A stretch of 25,190 nucleotides of DNA. Source: a virus (taxonomy: Duplodnaviria; Caudoviricetes). This document shows positions 1-6,379 of the stretch, in pieces. Location of the stretch: IMG/VR virus record IMGVR_UViG_3300048606_000071, positions 1 to 25,190 of that record, one strand, 5' to 3'. The stretch's first letter is position 1, and each line of letters starts with the position of its first letter. The translations under genes and the position numbers were made by a program. The notes beneath the pieces were generated by a model. The model searched no databases, was not told where the DNA came from, and saw only the letters and a program-made list of their open reading frames with translations.

Positions 1-297
1 TCTATTCACCTTCAAAACACCTATTAATAATAGGGGTTTGTTTATGTTTTCTAACCATTTAGCACAAACGCTGGCGATGCTTAATAGATTTTCTGCAAGA
101 TCGTCTTCCCCTTGCAGTGCCTTCCCTACTGCACCCACTTGGACGATTAATGAAGCAAGCATTTCATTTACATAAAAATAATGTTTTATTAAACTAATTT
201 CTTCGCTATCTTCTGGGCTTGGGCTAGGTATATGCATAAAAGAATCATAGTCGTACATTTTTTGTTCTATGATCTTGAAAATTTCTTCTTTGTCCAT
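1..297 (-). CDS. Partial CDS (no stop inside the window), degenerate MazG-like all-alpha pyrophosphatase-fold protein
   Basis: Not in the ORF track. ATG at 297 with RBS AAGGAAGG, open for 99 codons to the window edge: MDKEEIFKIIEQK...MLASLIVQVGAVGKALQGEDDLAENLLSIASVCAKWLENI... The spacing resembles phage MazG-like proteins (L.EEVGEVA.A...EL..VA.V..W), but the acidic residues are replaced. Confidence 0.55.
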   Translation of the reverse strand, partial: MDKEEIFKIIEQKMYDYDSFMHIPSPSPEDSEEISLIKHYFYVNEMLASLIVQVGAVGKALQGEDDLAENLLSIASVCAKWLENINKPLLLIGVLKVNR

Positions 298-396
298 GAT
301 CGTTTCCTTCCTTCTGGCACTTTCTTTAACACCCTATGCAGACTAGGGATTAATTATAGTGTACAGAAAGAAAGACTTTTTATAACATGGCAAATT

Positions 397-1368
397 TTAT
401 ACTTCGAAACAATCGAAAATAGACATTTGCCCTTCGCCATCTGTTTTTTCCAGATAACTCATAATAAGTGGCTCTTGTCCCAGATTCTTAAATATCCATG
501 CAATAACGTCCACCGTCCAACAATCACCGCACACATCTTGCATTTTTCGGTAAGACAAAATATCGGTGTAGCCTGAAGGCAAGGTTTGTGCTTTTTCGAT
601 TTCTTCTCTTGTTAGAAGTCTGCAAAAATCTTCGAATTCCACTAGGCCGCTATTTGGATTGCGGTCTTGCTTTCTTGTTAATGTGTTGATTTTATGAGCA
701 TCTGTAACGTTCATGCATCCTAAACGCAGTTTGTTTTTTCCTTGCCCATTGTTCCACATCTTTTCTCGGTAAGGTGTTCTTTTTAATTTATATTTCTTGC
801 AGTATTCATAATCTGAACTTTTATAAACTTGAAAACTAATGCAACGGTCTGGGGGTGGTTTTACATTCGGAATATTCGTCCAGTACACTCTAGGACGATT
901 TTGGAAACTCACCAGATTCGAATTAATGTGAATGCCCTGGCATCCCAAAAAATCATTTAAAAGCTTTTCATTTTCTTCTCTCATTTTCACATTCTCTAAT
1001 AAAAAATAACGAGGATTTACTTCTTTTAAAATTCTGAGGTACTCATAAAACAATCTAGACTTTTCCCCTTCTAGTCCCAGTGAGTCATGATTCATCCACT
1101 TCACTGGCGAAAAGTCTTGGCAAGGACTTCCCCCTATAACCATATCTATTTTGGTTTCAAACTCTCCCATTTCAGTGTAAAGAATTCCATTTTCATACTT
1201 AACTTTTTCTACATTGCCTATGTGTACCGTATCTGGGTAGTGGTGCTTTGTTAGATCGATGGCAAAGTGTTTTACTTCGCTTGCAAAATACTTTGTTACT
1301 GGAATTCCTTCTCTTTCTAGAGCAATTCTTCCACAAGATATTCCATCAAAAAGACTAAGTATAATCAT
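397..1368 (-). CDS. DNA (cytosine-5)-methyltransferase, phage orphan type
   Basis: Motif I LSLFDGISCG, motif IV GGSPCQDFS, motif VI LLENV, motif VIII QNRPRVYW, motif X GDCWTVDVIAWI; RBS AGGAG. No restriction enzyme gene nearby. Confidence 0.92.
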   Translation of the reverse strand: MIILSLFDGISCGRIALEREGIPVTKYFASEVKHFAIDLTKHHYPDTVHIGNVEKVKYENGILYTEMGEFETKIDMVIGGSPCQDFSPVKWMNHDSLGLEGEKSRLFYEYLRILKEVNPRYFLLENVKMREENEKLLNDFLGCQGIHINSNLVSFQNRPRVYWTNIPNVKPPPDRCISFQVYKSSDYEYCKKYKLKRTPYREKMWNNGQGKNKLRLGCMNVTDAHKINTLTRKQDRNPNSGLVEFEDFCRLLTREEIEKAQTLPSGYTDILSYRKMQDVCGDCWTVDVIAWIFKNLGQEPLIMSYLEKTDGEGQMSIFDCFEV

Positions 1369-1390
1369 GTTGTTTACTCCTAAAATGCAG

Positions 1391-1422
1391 AAAAAATCGC
1401 TCCCATCCTAAGAGCGATTTTT
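1391..1422. terminator. Intrinsic terminator-like hairpin, possibly bidirectional, just upstream of the MTase RBS
   Basis: AAAAATCGCTC-N9-GAGCGATTTTT; gives a T6 tract on the minus strand. Confidence 0.75.
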
Positions 1423-1546
1423 CTGTAATACTTATAGCATCTTAAAGGGTCATGGCTCAAAGGAGTATCTAAATAGTTATCGCCTAATATTTAGTCCCTT
1501 GGCTCACCTAAAAAACAATGACACTATCATGATTTCCATTTTAGAC

Positions 1547-1581
1547 AAAAATAAAACCCAGAAAAATAAATTTTCTGAGTC
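1547..1581 (-). terminator. Intrinsic terminator after the 1603-2235 gene
   Basis: Minus strand GACTCAGAAAA-TTTAT-TTTTCTGGGTT followed by TTATTTTT. Confidence 0.65.
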
Positions 1582-1602
1582 TCATTGATACGATCCATCT
1601 TA

Positions 1603-2235
1603 TTATGTTCTTTCAGTAATAGAAATACTCACATTAAATTTATTTTCTTCTCCTTCAATCAATAACTGAAGTTTTGTGAATACTTTACTAATATGCTCGG
1701 CATCGAATTCTCCATTGTATTCAAGATTTAAACCCTTGGTAAGTATAATAGGTTTCACGATAGGTTGCTCTTGGGGTTGTGGCATTATCAATTCTAAGTT
1801 TGTATTTTCAACTTGAGGAGTTTGGGTTTTTGCTTTTCGTTTTGAAGTGGCTGCTCGTTTCCCACCTCTTGGTTTTGAAGGCACATTTAACTCTTTAAGT
1901 AGCTTGCTAAGAGTATTGCTACTGATCCCCATTGCTTTCAAAATATCTACATTCTGATATGTCTCTCTCCAATTAGTTAACAACATTTTTTGTGTGTCTT
2001 CGTCCATTGAAAAAAATTCTTCCTTTGATAAAATCTCGTTCATATTAAACACCTTTACCTCTCCATTTAACTTTTTTCTCTCTTTGGAAGTCATGAAATA
2101 ATAAGAAGTTCTTAGTGCGCCACTGATTCCATGTTTAACACCTTTACCCCTTTTTGAGTAAACACCATTGCCAGTTCTACGCTTGTCCCTAATATCTTCT
2201 TGTAACATTCTTTCAATATTTTCATTGTACCCCAT
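1603..2235 (-). CDS. Hypothetical basic protein with a probable HTH DNA-binding segment
   Basis: Start moved to ATG 2235 (GGAGG RBS upstream). ILKAMGISSNTLSKLLKELNV is HTH-like and is followed by a basic linker (KPRGGKRAATSKRK). Divergent from repA. Confidence 0.6.
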   Translation of the reverse strand: MGYNENIERMLQEDIRDKRRTGNGVYSKRGKGVKHGISGALRTSYYFMTSKERKKLNGEVKVFNMNEILSKEEFFSMDEDTQKMLLTNWRETYQNVDILKAMGISSNTLSKLLKELNVPSKPRGGKRAATSKRKAKTQTPQVENTNLELIMPQPQEQPIVKPIILTKGLNLEYNGEFDAEHISKVFTKLQLLIEGEENKFNVSISITERT

Positions 2236-2399
2236 TGTTTCCTCCATGAGATTTGATATGTCCATTCTTTCCAGAAAAATTAGATAATATAATCATAACA
2301 CGAAATGCAGTGTTTTTAAAAGCATTAAAAAATGTTCATGGACAAGCTAAAAAAATCGATCACCGCAAGTCGCCAATTCATAATATCAAAATATTTTTC

Positions 2400-2428
2400 T
2401 TGAATGTTCCCTGCATTTTGCATATCAT
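2400..2428 (+). promoter_or_regulatory. SigA-type promoter for repA
   Basis: TTGAAT-N17-TATCAT; predicts a leader of about 195 nt before ATG 2631. Confidence 0.6.
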
Positions 2429-2437
2429 GAAGACATA

Positions 2438-2564
2438 GAAAAAAGGCACTCCCACCAAACCAATACAACCGCCAAAGTTGAAAGGAAGGAAAGAACGCCT
2501 AATGATTTCTATTGAGTAATACACTTTGAATGCACAAAGCTAATTAACTTTATTAGCATCGTTG
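2438..2564 (-). ncRNA. Putative replication-control antisense RNA (ctRNA/RNAI-like), about 125 nt
   Basis: Has its own promoter (2571-2600). Stem AGGCGUUCUU/GGGAGUGCCU (G-U pairs work only on this strand), apical CAAC-UUUGGCG-GUUG loop and a terminal U6 tract. Fully complementary to the repA leader. Confidence 0.65.
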
Positions 2565-2570
2565 ATTTTT

Positions 2571-2600
2571 ATTTTATCATGTGGGAGTGCCTTTTGTCTA
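2571..2600 (-). promoter_or_regulatory. Antisense promoter in the repA leader
   Basis: Minus strand TAGACA-N18-TAAAAT with an extended -10 (TG-A-TAAAAT). Confidence 0.6.
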
Positions 2601-2630
2601 GAATCTAAAAGACAAAGGGAGAACTTAAAA

Positions 2631-3521
2631 ATGTCCGAATATTACACGATCCACGAAGAGTATGGCACACGATTTTATCAAGTGCCCAAAGTATTTTTTA
2701 CGAATGATCTTTACAAAAAAGGATTAACCGATACTGAAAAAATAGCTTTTGGTATGTTGAAAGACCGATTTGAATTGTCAAAAAAAAATAAATGGTTTGA
2801 TGAAAAAGGAAGAATTTATTTTATTTTTAGCATTGAAAATCTTATGGATATTTTTGATTGTTCTAAGACCACTGCTATTAAAATAAAAAAATCACTGATT
2901 GATTTAAACTTACTCGAAGCAAAGCGAAGGGGTAGGGGTCTTACTGATATTCTTTATTTAAAAAAACCACAAGTGACCGATAAGGACGTTTACAAGATCA
3001 TTGACCAAGAAGAAAAATTGCCGATGAAAGATAAAGAAAAAGAAGCCAAAACCCTTGATACACTTGAGAAGTCCAGAAAGTGGACTTCTGGAAGTCCAGA
3101 AAATGAACCTCTAGAAGTCCAGAAAATGTACCCTAATGATACTGACTTTAGAGAGACTGACAATAACAAAACTGAGAAAAACCTTAACCCTAACCCTAAT
3201 GAAGAATTAATTAAATTAATAGGCGAACTAGCCTTGCCTTCACTTTTAAAAGATAGGGTTAAGATTATGATTAAAAATAATATTATTTCTTTATCGCTTG
3301 AACAAATATTCCAACTCGAAGAAGCATATGCCCATCAAGTTAAAAAAGATTACATAAGACCCGAATGCGATTTCGAATACAGTGGCGCAATAAATGATTC
3401 TGAGTTTACAAGTTCAATGGTCAAAATGTTAAGCGAAGTTAAAAACATTAATAACATGCGAGGACTAGTCCAGAAGTGGGTTAAAGAAGCATTTGAATAC
3501 AAATTAACACAATTAAGTTAA
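2631..3521 (+). CDS. repA: RepA_N-family replication initiator
   Basis: Start moved to ATG 2631 (RBS AAAGGGAG). Motifs RFYQVPKVFF, MLKDRFELSKKNKWFDEKGRIYFIFS and central NDTDFRETDNNKTE; repeats inside the gene as in RepA_N origins. Confidence 0.88.
   Translation: MSEYYTIHEEYGTRFYQVPKVFFTNDLYKKGLTDTEKIAFGMLKDRFELSKKNKWFDEKGRIYFIFSIENLMDIFDCSKTTAIKIKKSLIDLNLLEAKRRGRGLTDILYLKKPQVTDKDVYKIIDQEEKLPMKDKEKEAKTLDTLEKSRKWTSGSPENEPLEVQKMYPNDTDFRETDNNKTEKNLNPNPNEELIKLIGELALPSLLKDRVKIMIKNNIISLSLEQIFQLEEAYAHQVKKDYIRPECDFEYSGAINDSEFTSSMVKMLSEVKNINNMRGLVQKWVKEAFEYKLTQLS
3067..3136 (+). repeat. Three 23-bp iterons inside repA (putative origin)
   Basis: GAAGTCCAGAAAGTGGACTTCTG (3068), GAAGTCCAGAAAATGAACCTCTA (3091), GAAGTCCAGAAAATGTACCCTAA (3114). 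The first also forms the inverted repeat AGAAGTCCA-N5-TGGACTTCT. Confidence 0.85.
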
Positions 3522-3523
3522 AA

Positions 3524-3653
3524 AGCCATACAATGGCTCAGAAATGATTTTATAACCTTACCCTAGCAATTGCCCCAGAAACGATTTAGAATCGAATCTG
3601 GGGTAGTTCTGGGCTTCTCAGACACAAACAAACCGCACTCATATGAGTACGGT
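3524..3653 (+). other. Multi-hairpin non-coding region downstream of repA, candidate single-strand initiation/primosome assembly site
   Basis: Hairpins AGCCA/TGGCT (3524-3538), AATTGCCCCAGA/TCTGGGGTAGTT (3568-3608) and ACCGCACTC/GAGTACGGT (3632-3653). Function inferred from position only. Confidence 0.35.
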
Positions 3654-3737
3654 GTCGAAGAGAGAGAGAAAATAAAGTACCTATCAGACAAGTCGTTAGA
3701 TCTGCTCAGAAAGAAGGTTTTTAACGATACCTCTTTT

Positions 3738-3998
3738 CTAATATGTCCCTTCTTGAAATTCTTTAACCCTCTCTGCTTGTTTTTTTCTTTCCTCTTCAAA
3801 TATTTTCTGGAAGTCGATTTTTCGAAGGTCTTCTTCTTCTGGGGTTTCCATCATCACTTCTAATTCATAATACAAAGCCATTTTTAAAAGCCCCAACGCT
3901 TTTGATTCAACTCTTGATAATTGAGTAGGTTTGACATTTTGCAAAGCAGTAAATAATGGTTCTATTGCGCTAACAGGTATTTCAACTTTAATATTCAT
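3738..3998 (-). CDS. Hypothetical protein with a charged C-terminal helix
   Basis: 86 aa ORF whose start overlaps the end of the upstream RHH gene by 4 nt. Confidence 0.65.
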   Translation of the reverse strand: MNIKVEIPVSAIEPLFTALQNVKPTQLSRVESKALGLLKMALYYELEVMMETPEEEDLRKIDFQKIFEEERKKQAERVKEFQEGTY

Positions 3999-4330
3999 TT
4001 ATTCGTTATGCCCTTGGCTGCTAATGGTTCGGAATCTTTCGAAACCTCTTCGAAACCTTCTGAAGCATTCCGAATGGGTTCTTTTCGAATGGTTGCGAGT
4101 CGTTCGGAATCTCCCAGAATGCCTTTTTCAAAATCATCACTAAGCGATTCGAAACCTCTCATAAGTAAAATTTGCACTGCACTTTGCTTGCTAAATGTGA
4201 GGACATTGTGAGTAGTTTGTAAGATACCTATTGCAACATCAATGTTTGCGTTCAATTTGTGTGGTATTCGTGTGTTCAATGCGACTAACTTGCTTTCACC
4301 TTCCAAGATAATTTCGTGTAGATTGCTCAC
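3995..4330 (-). CDS. Putative ribbon-helix-helix DNA-binding protein
   Basis: RBS AAAGGAG favours GTG 4330. Strand VALNTRIP, helix HKLNANIDVAIG and helix SKQSAVQILLMRGFESL fit the RHH pattern. Confidence 0.55.
   Translation of the reverse strand: MSNLHEIILEGESKLVALNTRIPHKLNANIDVAIGILQTTHNVLTFSKQSAVQILLMRGFESLSDDFEKGILGDSERLATIRKEPIRNASEGFEEVSKDSEPLAAKGITNK
4026..4157. repeat. Degenerate 10-11 bp periodic TTCnGAA/TTCGAA array
   Basis: TTCGGAATC, TTCGAAACC twice, TTCTGAAGC, TTCCGAATGG, TTTCGAATGG, TTCGGAATC, and TTCGAAACC at about 4148. Confidence 0.65.
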
Positions 4331-4438
4331 AATTTGCACTCCTTTTATAAGTTGATATTGTGAGTATTCTGCGTGAAACTTGCGTGTACCTTCTTATCGG
4401 CAAAAGTTTTTAAAATGTTACAAGGAAGGAATGATAAT

Positions 4439-4585
4439 GTGGATCGAAAAGAAATGATTGCTTTTCTGAAAGAAGGGATTATGATTTTAGAAGGAATCAA
4501 AATAAGAGATGACGAATATGACCATTTAAGCGATGAAGAATTACAAAAAGAAGTAGATTGGATTGACTACTTATTCAACAAATAA
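4439..4585 (+). CDS. Small acidic hypothetical protein (48 aa)
   Basis: RBS AAGGAAGG favours GTG 4439 over the track start 4373: MDRKEMIAFLKEG...LSDEELQKEVDWIDYLFNK. Confidence 0.65.
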   Translation: MDRKEMIAFLKEGIMILEGIKIRDDEYDHLSDEELQKEVDWIDYLFNK

Positions 4586-4596
4586 GGAGAATGAAA

Positions 4597-4833
4597 ATGA
4601 TTGATAATTTTTTAGAATTGTTAAGGGCGAAACATGGCAAAGACCTAGACCTAGAAAAAGATGTGTATTTTCTTTTTTTAAAGGGTGGACTATTTAGCAT
4701 TTACTATGATCCAGATGAAGACAAAGTACAAATGACTATAGAAATGTTGCCATACGATAATACATATATTTATCATAGTGATATTGATTTAGTTGAACTT
4801 GGGTGGGAAGAAGAACAAAATAAAAACTCCTGA
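4597..4833 (+). CDS. Small acidic hypothetical protein
   Basis: RBS AAGGAG spacing favours ATG 4597; ends in a bidirectional hairpin. Confidence 0.7.
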   Translation: MIDNFLELLRAKHGKDLDLEKDVYFLFLKGGLFSIYYDPDEDKVQMTIEMLPYDNTYIYHSDIDLVELGWEEEQNKNS

Positions 4834-4847
4834 AGTCTAGGAGTTTT
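4823..4847. terminator. Bidirectional terminator between convergent genes
   Basis: AAAACTCCT-GAAGTCT-AGGAGTTTT. Confidence 0.7.
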
Positions 4848-5247
4848 ATTGTGCTTCGTGTTTAATCATTTTTTGAATTTCTAAGTATGATTTAAAGTCT
4901 CTTATGACTTTTTCTCGTTTCGCTTTGTTCAAGTCACCCAGACTGAAAAGCAAGTCCAATTCTTTACTGCTTAAAGTATATTGGTCTTCTTTGATTGGCG
5001 TTTCCAGAAGCAATTCGGTTTGTTCTTCTTTAGTAAACATTTCGCCTTCACCTTCAAAGAGCCATTTTTTATTCACACCGAACTTTTTTAGAATCGGTAG
5101 CAATCGACTTGTATCACTTTGACGTTCTCCCTTTTCATAATGCCAATAACTAGACTTTGGTATGTTAATGGCTTGGGCAAAGCTTTGAAGACTCTTATAT
5201 CCTAGTGTCGTTCTTAATAGTTCTAATCGTTGACCCATATCGTTCAT
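4846..5247 (-). CDS. XRE-family HTH regulator, probable phage repressor
   Basis: MGQRLELLRTTLGYKSLQSFAQAINIPKSSYWHYEKGER...FGVNKKWLFEGEGEMF; RBS GAGGGGG; no S24 peptidase domain. Confidence 0.85.
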   Translation of the reverse strand: MNDMGQRLELLRTTLGYKSLQSFAQAINIPKSSYWHYEKGERQSDTSRLLPILKKFGVNKKWLFEGEGEMFTKEEQTELLLETPIKEDQYTLSSKELDLLFSLGDLNKAKREKVIRDFKSYLEIQKMIKHEAQ

Positions 5248-5288
5248 GATGCTTCCCCCTCAAGTTTCGCTTTAATGTTCACATTTTG

Positions 5289-5317
5289 ATTATAGGCTCG
5301 TATACGGAATTTTACAA
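5289..5317 (-). promoter_or_regulatory. SigA promoter of the XRE gene with a palindrome in the spacer
   Basis: TTGTAA-N17-TATAAT; palindrome CGTATACG at 5299-5306. Confidence 0.75.
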
Positions 5318-5346
5318 TAAATAAATTTCGGATAGCGAACTTGGAC

Positions 5347-5382
5347 AAAATAAAAACCCCTCTGGGCAAAGGGGTCTTTTTG
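5347..5382. terminator. Intrinsic terminator-like hairpin
   Basis: Minus strand GACCCCT-TTGCCCAG-AGGGGTT followed by TTTATTTT; a T tract also follows on the plus strand. Confidence 0.65.
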
Positions 5383-5403
5383 TCTTTGGAGGAAGACTTT
5401 AAT

Positions 5404-5466
5404 ATGGCAAACTCAACAAAGCCAGAAAATAGGTACATTGGTGTAGTTCTGTTGGACGAGAAATGA
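5404..5466 (+). CDS. Possible 20-aa micro-ORF MANSTKPENRYIGVVLLDEK
   Basis: GGAGG lies 11 nt upstream, in the loop of hairpin GTCTT-TGGAGG-AAGAC. No homology evidence. Confidence 0.3.
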   Translation: MANSTKPENRYIGVVLLDEK

Positions 5467-5591
5467 CAAAATGTTTAGTTCTAGGCTTGCATGTTATAAC
5501 ATGAAACCAAACCTATTGAATACCTTGAAGGTATGTACTCTTATTGTGACACTGAAAAGAATTTTTAGTAATGTTAATTATTGGAGTAAAC

Positions 5592-5626
5592 GAAAAGCCC
5601 ACTCCGTAGCCAAGAGTGGGCTTTTC
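5592..5626. terminator. Terminator at the end of the late/lysis operon
   Basis: GAAAAGCCCACTC-N9-GAGTGGGCTTTTC, a perfect 13-bp inverted repeat. Confidence 0.8.
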
Positions 5627-5661
5627 TAAACGAGAGTTCTGGGAGAACAAAACGTCTATGC

Positions 5662-6360
5662 CTATTTATCTTTCTCAATAATGTAGGAATCATACCCAAG
5701 TTTTTTTAAGTTTGCTACTTGCTCTACTGCATTTTGTTTTTCTTGAAATGTCCCAGTAATCACTTGATACAAAACATTATCTTTTGTAGGAGTGGTCGCC
5801 AGCTCTTTTTCTTTTAATCCAAAAAACTTGGCAAGTCCTCTGGCATGCCCCTTTGCTAACATATTTAAAAATGCATCGTTCTTTAATTTGCTTGCATCTG
5901 TTGAATTATTAATAAAAAGATTTTCAGTCAATATTGCGCTCATATTACTTTCTCGAAGCACATGAAAGTTAGCTTGCTTCTTCCCACGATCAATAATGTT
6001 CCCACCTTTGATCTGATTGAAAATTTCATTGTGCATGACATTCTGTAAGCTTTTTGTATCTGCCCCAGTGATAGGGTGAATAAAGGTTTCAAAGCCAGTA
6101 GCAGAAGCAGTAGCACTATTTACATGAATGCTTACAAATACATCTGCTTTCCATGCATTTGCTTTGTCGGTCCTGGCATCAAGAGAAATTGTTTTGTCGC
6201 TATCTCGACTTAACATGATTTCGGCATTGCTATAATTTCTCACTAGATAATCTCTTGTCTTTAAAACTAACTTCAAAGTAATATTTGCTTCGTGTATACC
6301 GTTTCCTATTGCCCCAGAATCAGAACCGCCATGACCCGCATCTAGAAAGATTTTAACCAT
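5662..6360 (-). CDS. Endolysin: N-acetylmuramoyl-L-alanine amidase (Amidase_3) plus SPOR-type domain, CwlC-like
   Basis: IFLDAGHGGSDSGA, HEANITL, FVSIHVNS, AILTENLFINN; C-terminal LYQVITGTFQEKQNA...LKKLGYDSYI. Confidence 0.93.
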   Translation of the reverse strand: MVKIFLDAGHGGSDSGAIGNGIHEANITLKLVLKTRDYLVRNYSNAEIMLSRDSDKTISLDARTDKANAWKADVFVSIHVNSATASATGFETFIHPITGADTKSLQNVMHNEIFNQIKGGNIIDRGKKQANFHVLRESNMSAILTENLFINNSTDASKLKNDAFLNMLAKGHARGLAKFFGLKEKELATTPTKDNVLYQVITGTFQEKQNAVEQVANLKKLGYDSYIIEKDK

Positions 6361-6379
6361 TGTCTAGCCCCCTTAAAGC

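Noticed and set aside
232-576. Plus-strand 114-aa ORF and the other plus-strand ORFs opposite the late genes (e.g. 11900-12340, 12491-13084, 19348-19740)
   Set aside because: Antisense shadows of well-supported minus-strand genes, with no RBS or recognisable motifs.
1430-1600. SAM-I riboswitch upstream of the methyltransferase
   Set aside because: Only a short AGGGACT resemblance; the AUC..AGA, GCAACC and GUGC core elements are not present in order.
2562-2630. Track N-terminal extension of RepA from TTG 2562
   Set aside because: The RBS supports ATG 2631, and this stretch holds the antisense promoter and leader stems.
3068-3136. CRISPR mini-array
   Set aside because: The repeats are contiguous with no unique spacers, lie inside repA, and there are no cas genes.
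3180-3200. Telomere-like TAACCC repeats
   Set aside because: Only two to three copies, in frame, encoding the NLNPNPN linker.
5244-5438. 64-aa minus-strand ORF upstream of the XRE gene
   Set aside because: It crosses a terminator and the XRE promoter and has no RBS.
5404-5466. Arbitrium or Phr-type signalling peptide
   Set aside because: No signal sequence, and no TPR/RRNPP receptor gene in the window.
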